Of a stretch of 64,000 nucleotides of DNA, positions 11,451-23,336 are shown piece by piece. Origin of the DNA: Vicugna vicugna (taxonomy: Eukaryota). A model generated the notes under the pieces. It was not told the DNA's origin. It did no database searches and worked only from the letters and a program-made list of their open reading frames with translations. Made by a program: the position numbers and the translations under genes. The stretch lies in NCBI GenBank assembly GCA_013265495.1, contig MU061804.1, positions 3,835,368 through 3,899,367 of the forward strand. The letters run 5' to 3'. The stretch's first letter is position 1; the number at the start of each line of letters is the position of its first letter.

Positions 11451-13268
11451 CCCTGGTTTATTGGGAGCGGGACTGCCTGGCTGGAGTTTTACAGCTGTGA
11501 GGGAGGAAACCACGTGTGAGCCTCTGCGGTCCCCCAGGGGCCCGGCCAGGCCCTGCATTTTAATGTAAAGGAAGTTTTCCTTGAACACTGGATGTCCCCT
11601 TCAGTCGCCTTTTATTTCGGAGCTATGCCTGGGCCCAGACGGTGGCTGCATGGACCGTTACCTTTACTGTGCGAACAAGGCAGTCCACGTGGAGAATATT
11701 AGCGATGGCTACTGCGCGCTCCTAGAGCATTTTCTAATCCTCCAAGGGCCTTGGGGGTCATCCACTCGCATGACAGGACGCTGTGAAGTCTAGTTTGGCC
11801 ACGTAGGAGTCACGGTCCAGGCGCGTAGAGATGCAGTGATGGGGTCTGGGCAGGTGTAACAGGCAGTAGCCCTGCCTCTGCTCTGCTTTCTCTCAGGACC
11901 TCGAGGCTTCGCTGCAAACGTGGGGGTTGGACAGAGAGAAAGAGAAGGAAAAGGTTTGCCTTCGTCTGGCTTGGGGTTACCTTGTGCCCTTGTCTCACGA
12001 TGGGTGTAGCCAGATCACAGGGGCACTGCTGAGGGGGGTTAGGGTAACCGGAATGGGTCTGTTAAAGCCACGGCAGAGCTTGGGCGGGGGGCGCTAAGGA
12101 CCTCCATGGGCCACTTCTGAGGCCCGAGCGGCTCCTGCAGCAGGCCCCAGGGATTTCCCTCTTTGTCTTTCCTACTTTAAAGGAGTGAAATTTGACAGTT
12201 TCCTGCCTGGGGGAATTTTTCTTTTCCACCAAACTGAACCATCCCTGGTTAGAGTCATAACGCTCAGGCTGCCTGCTCTGGCTTCAATCAGCACATTCTG
12301 CAGAGCCGTATCCCAAACAGGCTCCGTTTCTTTTTGCATCTTAGGCTCAGTGATCACAGAGACTCTCCCACAGAGTCCAAGCATTGAGGGAAGGGTGGCA
12401 GCGAGGGCGGAGTCAGTGCTCAGAGAGGGGAGTCTCCTGCTTGTGTTAGGTGCCCGTGTGTCCAGTACTCGCTCGGACCCAGGTCCGAGTCCACGAGCTT
12501 CACTCAGTGCTGAAGTCTCCTGGGTGTGCACAGCCGTACTATGCACCCTCCAAGGGCCGGTGTCCAGCTAGTCGTTACCTGCTTGGCTCAGAAGCCCTCG
12601 GGTCACCCTCGTAGTTTTTTCACTGGGGCTTGTCACAGGCACCAGCAGCATCCCCGTTCTGCATCTGTCATAGACGTTTCTGAGCAACTCTGGGACTCAG
12701 GGCAGAGGTGCTTGCTCTGCAACCTCCAAGACCATGTGAAGGAGCTTCTCTCGGTTGGGGTCCCACCCAACAAACAGCAACCTGTTGTTGACACAGAATA
12801 TAAATAGGAATTCATCTCTGGTTAGCAACTGTACAGCAGGTTTACACCAGCTTTCTCTGAATCGTAGTATGTAGAAAAAGTATACACACCTAGTGACAGC
12901 TGAGCATCTTTCTGACTAAGCGTCACGACTTCCTATCAGGGATCAGAAACAAAGGGGGACAAAACACATTCGTGAAACACTGAGTCTGAGTGAAGAACTG
13001 ACTGTCCTGGGGTCTGGGGCAGGATCTGCTCCACCTCAGGCCTGGGCAGTGCCTTGGGGCAAAAAGTACTCCTAGAGGGTAAGGCCCTTTCCCTCTCCTC
13101 CCCTCTCCACTGAATGTTCGGTGTCAGGCATCTTTACTCCAGTTACTTAGCTAGCACCGTTGCTGTATCTCTGCTGCCTGCTTCGCGTGCCTAAAATGCC
13201 TGCACCTTTCCCTCTTTGCAGAACTGAGATCATCTCGTTAACAGAAGAAAATCATTCTAGGGTGTCCT

Positions 13269-13413
13269 NNNNNNNNNNNNNNNNNNNNNNNNNNNNNNNN
13301 NNNNNNNNNNNNNNNNNNNNNNNNNNNNNNNNNNNNNNNNNNNNNNNNNNNNNNNNNNNNNNNNNNNNNNNNNNNNNNNNNNNNNNNNNNNNNNNNNNNN
13401 NNNNNNNNNNNNN
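13269..13413. other. Assembly gap (145 N)
   Basis: run of N characters. Confidence 1.
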
Positions 13414-13784
13414 TGAAATCTACCCAACAGACTGACTCCCAGGGTTCGAACCCGGGGGTGATGTCCTTTCAGTCGGGTTCATTTCCCTGGTGCACACACG
13501 CGTATCCTGGTGTTCTCTCTCTAATATACACAAGAACACATCGTCTACTCTATTCAAAATTCTGAAGGCTTCTTATCAGCTACTTCTGGCTCCTTGCCAG
13601 GTAGTATTTCTTAAAGAAATACTTTTGTCCTTTGAACATTTTTTTAAAAAATTGACCCATAATAAAGATTTTTTAAAAGAAAATTCTAAAACTAGACTCA
13701 CTGTAAGTCAAGTTCCATAGATACCAGAAAAACTGGACGTGTAACAATGAATTCCCGTGTTTTCACTTTTTACTGGATTTTGAT

Positions 13785-13897
13785 TTCTGTGAGTATTGAG
13801 TTGAGGGGTGGAAGGAGTGTTTTATTCGTTTTCGCTTCCCTAATATCTAGCAAAGCACCAGGTTCATAATATGTGTGCAGATAAAGAAGTGAGTGTT
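13785..13897 (+). mobile_element. L2 3' end
   Basis: ctgtgagtattgagttgagggg...ctagcaaagcaccaggttcataat...gataaagaagtgagtg resembles the L2 terminus. Confidence 0.55.
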
Positions 13898-14189
13898 TTG
13901 CATCTCCCATCACCTCCTCTTCCACTCCTTCTCCTCGCTGGCTAATCCAGGCCAGCCCGACGCTCGGCAATGGGTAAAGGAGGGGAGGGCTGAGCCAGCG
14001 GCCATGAGGTTATTATCTGATGGGTGTCAAGAGTCCCATTCGCTGCCTGGTCTCTTGGGAGACTAAGGGGGTGCAATTTGCTCATGGTTATACGTCCGTG
14101 TGGATCAACTTGCTGAACTCAGGCTAATGGAATAGAACCCAAGGTACGTGAGAGCTGGAATGAAGGTGAGAGAACCACCTGTTGCCCTT

Positions 14190-14555
14190 TGTACTTCTCT
14201 GCTTAGGCTGCCCTGACAAAACAACCCAGACCATGTGGTGTAGACGTCAGAAAAGTGTCTTCTCCCAGTTCTGGAGGCTAGAAGGCCCAGACCGAGGTGC
14301 CGGGGGCTTGAGTTTCTGGTAAAGGGCCCTCTTCCCGGCTTGGAGACGCTACGCTGCACCTGGCCTTCCTTTGGTGCGTGCATGCAGAGGGGGAGAGAGA
14401 GCTCATAAGGACACTAACTCCATCACATTAGGGCCCCACCCTCACGACTTCATTGAATGTTAATTACTTCCTCAGAAGCCCCATTTCCAAATATAGCCGT
14501 AGTGGGAGTTAGGACTTCAACACATGCATTTGGGACAAACATTCAGTCTATAACA
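14190..14555 (-). mobile_element. MLT1A/B-like MaLR solo LTR
   Basis: ends acattcagtctataaca; contains ttctcccagttctggaggctagaag, ataaggacactaac, agggccccaccctcacgac; typical MLT1 layout. Confidence 0.85.
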
Positions 14556-14852
14556 CTCCTGGACTCTGGGCATTTGGAAGAATATCCTTTTGACTTTGCA
14601 TTGAAGGGGAGAAAAAAATGGAAGTAGGGGGACCGGTCATGAGGTTGTCGACAAAGCACAGGTGAGAGGTAACGGTGCATTGGCCTGACTATGGGAAGGC
14701 GAATGGATTTAAGTCGTGCTCTGGCTGTAGGAGCAACAGAACCTAGGGGAGGATTAGATATCACAAATGAGCACAAGAGAGAAATGAAGGACCTTTCCCA
14801 GGATGATGGGGTAACTGATGGGTTTATTAAAATTTATTAGAGGAGGAAAATC

Positions 14853-14999
14853 AAGAATTCAGTATCTTGCAGTAACCTATAGTGAAGAGGAACATGAAAA
14901 TGAATATATGCATGTCTATGCATGACTGAAACATGATGCTGGATGCCATATATGGACACATTGTAACTGACTATACTTCAGTTAAGAAAAAAAAGAATT
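14853..14999 (+). mobile_element. 5'-truncated camelid/artiodactyl-type L1 3' end
   Basis: gcatgactgaaacatgatgctg...ggacacattgtaactgactatacttcagttaagaaaaaaaa; possible 7-bp TSD aagaatt at 14853-14859 and 14993-14999. Confidence 0.85.
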
Positions 15000-15616
15000 T
15001 GTTTTTGGACATATTAACCGTGAGACTCATGTGCAGGGCCAAGTGGGCACATCAAGGAGACAGCTGGAAATACAACTCTGGAAGTGACCGGAGCGAGCCG
15101 GGCAGGGCAGGGGAAGAGGGCACCAGCACACAGATGGTCTATAAAGCCGGAGGAGGAAGGACATGGCCCAAGGGCAAGAGTGTGGACTTAGGAGAAATGA
15201 AGATCCCGGTCTCACTTGTAACAACTCCAATGTTTCAGTGGAGAAAGGAAAACACACGGTCCAGGGTCTTTCATTCCATCTCCCTCATCCAGACAAACAT
15301 TTATAATCAATCACGGCCTTCCTTCTCACTGAGCCAACATGCAGAATTCGATTTCTTCTCGGCACAGCGCTAGAGAGACCTCCGCCAAAAGATCCGTGCT
15401 GGCAAAAGGGAGAAAACCTGATTGACTTCCTGGCTTTTGTTCAAGGGTTACTAAATTTTTTGAGTGAGAATTTCTTTTTGGCATCAAAATGTTTAAACAA
15501 GCCCACATAATGGTAGTTTCATTTTTATTTACTCAGTCAATAGGCTGTACTTACTGCTCATAAAACGCCGCGGTAGCCTGGGGCCCTGCGCCCGCTGGGG
15601 AATCATGGCTGCAGAG

Positions 15617-15762
15617 TGCCGGTTCTCAAAGTGTGGTCCCTGGATCACCGGGGAACTTGTTAAAAATGTAGACCCAGCCTAGACTTATTGGGTAAGAAAC
15701 CCTGTGCTATGACGAGTCCTCTGGGTGATTTTGATGCAGGCTAAAGTTTGAGAACATATTGC
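15617..15762 (+). mobile_element. MER5A (hAT-Charlie MITE)
   Basis: ggttctcaaagtgtggtccc...gggaacttgttaaaaatg...ctgggtgattttgatgcaggctaaagtttgagaac; terminal inverted repeats ggttctcaaa/tttgagaac. Confidence 0.9.
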
Positions 15763-15839
15763 TCTTAAAGGCTTCTAGAAGTAAAGGATTCTTGCTGCTA
15801 CAGAGAAAGTGGGCTGACTTCTTCTATCCGATCCTTTAC

Positions 15840-15984
15840 AATTCCATCAGTGAAAAAGAATATGAAAAGGAATAAATGTGTGCATACGCATGACTGGGAC
15901 ATTGTGTTGTACGCCAGAAATCGACACATTGTAACTGACTAAACTGCTATAAAAAATAAAAAGTAAATAAATAAAATTCCATCA
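15840..15984 (+). mobile_element. 5'-truncated L1 3' end with 10-bp TSD
   Basis: tgaaaaagaatatgaaaaggaat...gacacattgtaactgactaa + A-rich tail; TSD aattccatca at 15840-15849 and 15975-15984. Confidence 0.9.
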
Positions 15985-16004
15985 AGAACTGGGTTCGGGT
16001 TTTC

Positions 16005-16100
16005 AAAAAGTCACTGTGTTCTTAGTGCCTATGAAAGTTCCTGGGAAAATCAAAGGGGCTCAGTAAATACGTGATGAAAGGTTGATGGACTGAGTGGACG
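16005..16100 (+). mobile_element. L2 3' end
   Basis: ggggctcagtaaatacgtgatgaaaggttgatggactgagtgg resembles the L2 terminus. Confidence 0.5.
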
Positions 16101-16469
16101 AACTCTTACTATAGAGCATGCCGGAGAAAGGAAGTGGGGGCTGGACAAAACAGCCCCCACCCTCGGGAAGCCCAGGGCTGCTAGGAAGAACTCCTCAGCG
16201 ACGGCAAGCTCAAAAACCATTTTTCTGTCCAGTAATAGCTCTGTCTAAGCCATTCTGTCATTTCATTTGAGCATTGAGATGTCTCTTGGCACTAGAATCC
16301 TAGGAAGGAAAGGGGTGTTGAGTTAGCCATCCCATCATCCCACGAGCAGGTTGAGCCCGCAGGCCAGCAGGAGGGGGGCTGCTCACGGGCTCAGAGCTCA
16401 TGACAGCAGGGCGGCCCTCAACCCAGCGCCGCCTAGAGCACAGGGTGAATGTGGAGGCAGGCAGAGCCC

Positions 16470-16600
16470 AAGGCCTCTACTTGGCTCAGTGATCTTGGGA
16501 AAGTTTCCCTGAGGTCACATATTTTCCTGAATAAGAATACTCAACCGACAAGACTGCTGTAGAATTCAAATGAGTTAACTGTGTGCCATGCAGAACTGGT
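16470..16600 (+). mobile_element. MIR fragment
   Basis: gtgatcttgggaaagtttccctgaggtc...gactgctgtagaattcaaatgagttaac. Confidence 0.6.
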
Positions 16601-16618
16601 TTTAGTGCTCTCCCCTAC

Positions 16619-17060
16619 TGGGGTGGGCTGGAAGCGGGCTCCCAGAAGACCTCCAGACCCTGTGAATGCGACCTTATCTGGAAAAAGGGGCTTTTGCAGA
16701 TCTGATTGAGTTTAAGGAGCTTGAAAAGGGGAGCTTCCACCAGATCATCCAGGTGCGCCCTAAACACAATTACATGTGTGCATTAAGAGATAGACACACA
16801 GAGAAGACAGACCCACGAGGAGAAAGGGAGGTGAAGATGGCAGCAGGGACTGGAGTGATGCTACCACACCCAGGATGTTCCAGGGAGCCACCAACATCGT
16901 CAGAAGAGGCAGGAAGGCTTCTCGTCTTGAGCACCTGGAGGGAACACAGTCCTGAGAGATTCTGGACTTCCGGGCTCCAGATTGGTGAGTGGGTGCAGTT
17001 CTGTTGTTTTAAGTCACAGAGTTTATGGAGATTTTTTACAGCACACACCGAGTGGCAAAC
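16619..17060 (+). mobile_element. MLT1C/D-like MaLR solo LTR
   Basis: ctgtgaatgcgaccttatctggaaaaagggg...gactggagtgatgctaccac...ttctgttgttttaagtcac follows the MLT1C/D consensus. Confidence 0.9.
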
Positions 17061-17107
17061 CCCCGCTGAAGCCCTCCCATCCTCACTGCCGTCCTGGAGT
17101 TCTGTCT

Positions 17108-17350
17108 CTCTCTCTTTTTTTCTTTTATAACTGAAGTACAATGTTTCAGGTGAACCACAAAATGATCTGGTTATATTTATTTCAGATTCTTTTCCATTCT
17201 AGGCTATTACAAGATACTGAATACAAGTCCCTGTGTTGTACAGTAGGACCTTGATGCTTATCTGTTTTATATAGAGTGGTTTGTATCTGCTGATCCCAAA
17301 CTCCCAAATGAGCCCTCCTCCCTTCTTTCCCCTTTGGTCACCATAAATTC
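17108..17350 (-). mobile_element. L1 3' end fragment
   Basis: tttcagattcttttccattctaggctattacaagatactgaat...gtttgtatctgctgatcccaaactccca, antisense artiodactyl L1 3' UTR. Confidence 0.85.
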
Positions 17351-17862
17351 ACCTGCAGCTTTCCGCAGACCCCCTTTGTTCCCACTCTGATAGCTTCTCT
17401 GGTGAGCCCCTTAACTCAAGCATCTGGGCGCCCACACGAGAGGCGTTGCTGCTGCCTCTGACTTGGAGAATTGGCTCCGCCGGGGGCGTTCTTGGATGGA
17501 ACGCGTGGGCTTGGATGACTGTGGCTCCCTGGAGCGACAGAATTTGTAACTCTCTTTTATTTTTTTCTTTCTTTCTTTCTTTTTTTTTTCTGAATCTAGG
17601 TGGTGTCTCCACATTTTTAAGCAAATGGAAGTTGCGAAGCTGCCAAGTAACCCTCCAACGTCCCCCTCCCTGAAAGGATGTGCTGCCCCAAAGGGAAGGA
17701 AGGAATTAGTCAGAAACCACAGAGCAACTAACGACTGAATCAAACCTAATGAAACATCACCTACAAGGCAGTCCCCTCCGTCCCAACTCAGTTGGGAATG
17801 TCCAGAGAAGAAGGCACATTGCAGCTTCTTTTTTTGGCCAAAATGAACCAAAACCCAGTGCC

Positions 17863-17900
17863 TGTGTGTGTGTGTATGTGTGTGTGGGAGAGAGAGAGAG
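17863..17900. repeat. Compound (TG)n(GA)n microsatellite
   Basis: tgtgtgtgtgtgtatgtgtgtgtgggagagagagagag. Confidence 0.95.
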
Positions 17901-18912
17901 CTTTTCGTCTGCATATGTGGCATTAACTTTTCTCCAGCAGGGAAAAAACTCTGCAAAAATCCCAGAATAACTGACAAAGGAGACCATCCTCATACCAGGA
18001 AGGAAAAGGCTAGGTAAATATTTGCCATTTGTGATGACTGCTCCAAATATCTACCTGAGTGAAGACAAAGGTCGGACAACAATCCCCCCTCCAGCTGGGG
18101 GATGCTGACGTCCCTCAGGGCTTGTTTGCACCCCTTGGAATTGCTGGAGTCTCGGCTGTGAAGTCTCACCCCCACCCCCTCGGCAGAAGCGCCTGCTGAG
18201 TGAGGAAAGCTACAAGAAAGCACACGCCACAAGAATGCACGTCTTCCTCCGGGCGCATAGCTGGGCAAACCCCAAGCAGCAGGCTCTGGAGCTGTGTGCT
18301 GCTTCTGAGGGATGATCTCCTCATCCCTGAACCCACTCCCCCACCCTCGGTTCCCAAGGTGTCTCTCAGGATGGCATCTGGTCTGACTCAGATTTGCGTG
18401 GCTCCACCTAGCACGACATACTCCCCAAATCTGGACCACAGGGTCTCTGACTCCTTCCAGCCCTGTGTCTGCACGCACGCATGTGGATGAACAAAGGACG
18501 TGCATTTACGTTGCACCGAAGTAACTTATGATGCTGTCACCAAGCCACATTGCCTCCAGTGTTCAACTCCAAAATCTCTGTTATTATGGAAAGAATGTGT
18601 GATAAGGCCACCCGCCCACTTATTTCATACTTTACCTCTTCTTCCGTGGGCCAGAACAGGGCGTCTTGGCTGCAGATTGAACCTCTTTACCAGGCTCTGC
18701 GAAAAGCAGCACTCAGGAGGTTTTGTCCAGGGGTGGAGATCACGCTCCTTCCATCAGTATCCGACCTCTCCTGGTAGCATCTCAACGCTGTAAGGAAACT
18801 GCAAAGGAATTTGTAAATAAATCAATGGCAAGAGCCTTGTTCAGAGAGTCCTCCCCCTATTGTGGGAGGGATTCAAGCAGGGTCAAGACCGCAGCTCAGG
18901 TTTGGGATGTTT

Positions 18913-19317
18913 TGATTTTTAATTGAAATATAGTCAGTTACAGAGTGTCCATTTCTGGTGTCCAGCACAATGTTTCAGTCATACATTCACACAATGTATT
19001 CCTTTTCATATTCTTTTTCATTATAGGTTACTACAGGATATTGAATCTAGTTCACTATGCTATGCAGAAGAAATTTGCTTCTCATCTATTTTATAGATAG
19101 TAGTTAGTATTTGCAAATCTCGAGCTCCTGATTTGCCCCTCCCTCCCCTCCTCCCCTCTGGTAGCCGTAAGTTTGTTTACTGTGTCTGTGAGTCTGTTTC
19201 TGTTTTGCAGATAAGTTCATTAGTGTCTTCTTTTTTCATAGATTCCACACATGAGCGATATCATATGGTATTTTTCTTTCTCTTTCTGGCTTTCTTCACT
19301 TAGAATGACGATCTCCA
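18913..19317 (-). mobile_element. L1 3' end (~400 bp), camelid-type
   Basis: aattgaaatatagtcagttacagagtgtcc...ataggttactacaggatattgaat...gattccacacatgagcgatatcatatggtattttt...cacttagaatgacgatctcc. Confidence 0.9.
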
Positions 19318-19589
19318 TTTGCCATTTGCAGCAACAAGGTCTGGGACTTTTTCCATCGTGAATTAGTTTTTTGATGAATCTACTGAGTGACTGAACGTGG
19401 CTGCTTTTAATTGTGCCCGGCTTGTTAGAGGACTTTGTGCAAAGGAGAACTGAATATTCCTGCTCTTCACCGTAGGGGTGGGGGGTGGGGACCCCAAAGG
19501 AGGTGTTTCTCTTTCCTTAGATTCTGGGTCCCAGTTAACCCCCAAATCACTCAGCGTGTCCCCCCCACCCCCACCCCTGGGAAGCAAGA

Positions 19590-19750
19590 GCGGGCCTGGA
19601 GGCACTGGCCACTAGAGGGCGCGCCACCTCCGCGCCGCGGGCCCCGCGTGGAAGGGATGCAGAGGGAGGGATGGGGGGAGGAGTGACTGCGGGGGGAGGG
19701 GCATGCACTGTGAGATGCGCGGGGACAGCGGATCTGGCTCCATCCAAGGC
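19590..19750. promoter_or_regulatory. Small CpG-rich island around a CTCF site
   Basis: gcgcgccacctccgcgccgcgggccccgcg and G-rich tracts. Confidence 0.55.
19606..19624 (+). promoter_or_regulatory. CTCF core motif
   Basis: TGGCCACTAGAGGGCGCGC; core CCACTAGAGGGCGC matches CCASYAGRKGGCRS at all 14 positions. Confidence 0.75.
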
Positions 19751-20005
19751 TTTCTGAACAAGGAATCACAAGCCTCGAAGGGTGGATTTACGGCCTGGGA
19801 CGGGAAGGGGAGGTGGGAACAAAAGACAACAGAGTTCAGACATCTCAGGAAGACGGAGAAGAGCGCTTGTCCGAAACCGGCAGAACCCCCCAGAGTGCAC
19901 GTGTTTCCGCAGGAAACCTACAGAAGAACTCGGGGTCGCTCTTTTCACGGACCCTTCTGGACTGAGGGCGAGTCGGACCGGATCTGAAGCAGAGCCAGCT
20001 CTGCA

Positions 20006-20046
20006 GGACAGCTCCGGTGTCCCCAGGGACAGCTCCGGTGTCCCCA
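20006..20046. repeat. 21-bp period tandem duplication
   Basis: ggacagctccggtgtcccca at 20006-20025 and 20027-20046. Confidence 0.95.
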
Positions 20047-21227
20047 CAGGGCGCCCTGGTTCCTTCACGCACCCGGCTAGGCCCCGGGAGCCGGGCAGGG
20101 GGCACGAAGGTCGTGCCATGTAAGCTGCGTGACAGAATCTGGGGCGGAGAGGGTGTGCTCAGAGGTCTAGGCAGAGGCTGTAAGAGAGGAAGGAGAGCAG
20201 GGGTGGGTCTGAGCTGGTGCTGCCTTGCGGGCGCTGTGGGCTCTGCAGGGGAGGGAGGGCGGGAGGTGGCCGAGCTGGTGTGGCCCCCAGACCATCCGCA
20301 ATCTGCTGGCCTCGGGTCGCTGGGAAGCAACAGCATCCCCCTCATTCCTGAGGCCACTGCTAAGCTGCACCTCAGATAGAACATAACAAGAAACAAAACT
20401 GGATCTCACTCCTACCCCCAAACTACGCTCACTTTGGACTATCCCCACTGTCCATTGCAGGAAATATGGGGGGGGGACACACAGACGCCGGCATCCCCCC
20501 TCGTGCCTCTGCTCCGCTCCCCCCATAACGCATGCACCACTCCGACCCCTGGGAAAGGGCTGGTCATTAAGTAGGACTCCCTGCAGACAGTTCAGTGGTC
20601 CCTCTGCAGTGACAGAGGCAGTGAGATGGCTGTGTGTGGGCAGGGGGAGGAGAGCCCCTCTTGTTGACAGAGCTGTCATGCTCGTGATGAATTAATTGCC
20701 TCTCGATGAGGGTGCCGCCGCCGTGGTTTCCACTTCTGCCCCCGGTTCATCCCCGGGTCTCCTGGCACTTTAGGAAATGAACTGCTATAATTCCACTCTG
20801 CTCAGGCAGCCTTCCACAGCCGGTCCCGGTTCACGGCTGCTGCCTTGTCACTCAGAAGGCCGTCCAGGGGCAGCCGCGGGGGCCGCTCCCCCCAGAGGCA
20901 CGGGAGGGGCTGCTGGCTGGCCGGCCTTGAAGAAGGAAGGCAGATGCCTGACGCTCTGGGGAGTTCGGGGCGGGGAAACCGCAGCCCCAGTGAGTGTGGC
21001 CGAAGGTGAGGCTGCCTCCAGCCACAGGGGCTCACCTGGCGGCCCCAGAGCTGTGCAGGGGTTTGTATTTCCTTGTTGAGCATCTATGTATTAAGCTTTG
21101 GTGACTCAGTGTCCTTGACGGAGTGGGGACAGTGGTTCTCTCAGACTCACCGGATCACCCCCGGCTCTGACTGTGAGGGGTCCCTAATTTATCACTTTTT
21201 GCTAATTTGATTCTGTAATCACGTACA

Positions 21228-21702
21228 TGTTTGGGGGGCTATCTACTGCTGTGGGAAAGCTCCTCTAAACACAATGCATTTAAAACAATGAACAGTTTTC
21301 CTAACTCTTTGGTGGGTCAAGACTTTGGGCGGGACTTACCTGGGCAATTGTTCTGCCCTGGGCCGCCCCAGCTGGGTCACTGGGTGGCTGGGTGGCACTC
21401 AGCAGGTGGCCTGGGAGCATCTATGGACTTCACTCTCACATCTGGTGCCTTGTTGGGGGCGGCTAGGGTCCCCTGCTCCCTCCCCCTCTCCTCGGATCTC
21501 AGAGCATCTCCACGCGAACTCTTTATCAGTGTCGTCGGACCGTGCACAGGGCGGCTCGGGTCCCAGAGACCGAGGCGGCAGCTGCCCAGCCTCCACGCAG
21601 CCTCACTTCCACTGCCTCTGCTGGTCAGAGTGGTCTCAGGCTGTGCAGACTCGGGAAGAGGCAAGTCACACAATGTGCAGCCATCTTTAACCTGCTGCCA
21701 GA
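21228..21702 (-). mobile_element. MLT1H/I/J-like MaLR LTR
   Basis: gcatttaaaacaatg...ggtgggtcaagactttgggcggg...ggacttcactctcacatctggtgcc...cacttccactgcctctgctggtcag...gccatcttt. Confidence 0.7.
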
Positions 21703-23309
21703 GCCAATTTATTGGTGGAAATAATTTATCTCTAGGGACAAGGGAGCATTTGTCTTTTTCCAGGCACCCTCCTAACGGAAGCCTCTTTCCTGCAATCCTT
21801 CAGAACAGCCGTGGGGCCAATACACGAGGAAGCATTCTTAAGGTTTGTGTTGCGAAGTGATCAGGATAAAAACAAAACAAAACAGAACTGCCCATCACGT
21901 CAGAAGTGCGAGTGACCCCCCGTCCTTTTCCCGGGTCTGGGTATCTAGATCACCTTATTTCAGTCTTTCCTGTCAAGTCGGTAGTGATAAATGCCACTGG
22001 CTTCATATACCTGGGATGTAGGATCTGCCTTTGGAGGATTGCACACAGCCTGGCCACTGATCCACGAGTGGATTCTCTGCTGTCCCTTCCTCTCCATCAA
22101 CAGATGCTGACACGCACTGTGTGATGCTGACACTGCGTGGTTTTCCTTACACAACCGACTGCGATGTTTTATGGGCTTACTCTGCTCTGTCTCAGGGCTT
22201 CAGCCCCTGGGTCACACTGTAGGTGAGCCTAGTGCAGGGAGGGAACATGTGTGCAGACCTTTGGGCTCCGGAGTCTAGGAGCTCCCTGGTACAAAGGTGG
22301 ACCTCGGCAGTTAAACTACCCTGCCGAAGGTGGGAAGAGATTCTGTCTCACAGTTCAAGCCCCAGCAAGTACCACTCTCTAGACCAGACGCACCTCAGGA
22401 AAGTTCCTGGCAGGCGCACCTGCTTTGCCGCTGGACTACGGAAGCCCCTTCCTGGCGGGTGTGGGAGTGTCTTGCTGTGGGATATGGACGAGTTCCAAGC
22501 TCTCGGGTGACCTGGGCCATGGCTTCCCTTGACAGCTTCACTCTAAGGACTTCCAGAGTTCTCTGACAAGGCTAAAAACTCCCCATCCAACCAAAGATTC
22601 TCGCACACTATTTAAATAGGATGCAAATGTATGGTCTGCTCCGAGCCCTGGCAGATTTCAATTTTTTTATTTTCAGAATGCTGAGGCCTGCCATCAGTTC
22701 ACTTGAAGTTCAGTCCAACATGTGCCTATCCCTGACTTTTGTTCATTTTTTATGCAGGTAACATTTTGGAGAATTTTAAAAAGAAGTCCTCGTTGTGTTC
22801 CATTGCCTGCCATCCTCCAAAACGATTTCAAAAAAAAAAAAGTTCAGACATTTGTTGCGTGCAGAATAGTTGGGACGTGACCAACTTATCTCCTACTGCC
22901 TGAGCCTCCAAGTTGGATTCTGTCATCCCTCTCCTTGGCAATCCATCATCTATTTCTTTCCTGATCTTTCAGGGGTAGGAACTGCCTATTTGATCAAAGG
23001 GAGTAGTCTCCGAAGGGCACAGGCAGGTCCCACTGGATGGAGGCCATTGGGGTGGGTAGCAGGGAGGGGATCATCATTCACTGCCTTCTTCTGCAGTGAA
23101 ATCTGAGCCCATTCACTCCTGAGCTGATCGTGTAGCTGAGAACCCGCAGAAGCTCCACCTTTGCACCTGGGATCTCTGGGGAAGCGGGGCCTGCCTGAAA
23201 GACAAAACCACAGGAGGGGAACCAGAAAATGATGAACCCAGGGTGGGGCTTCGTGGGTGGTATGTGGTCTACGCAGACTCAGGCAAGTCCCACCCAGTTC
23301 AGCCCAGCC

Positions 23310-23336
23310 TGTGTGTGTGTGTGTGTGTACACACAC
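23310..23336. repeat. (TG)n abutting (AC)n; contains a 16-bp perfect palindrome
   Basis: gtgtgtgtacacacac at 23321-23336. Confidence 0.95.

Noticed and set aside
12674-12807. Protein-like stretch DVSEQLWDSGQRCLLCNLQDHVKELL...
   Set aside because: Weak acceptor, no recognisable family and no supporting exons
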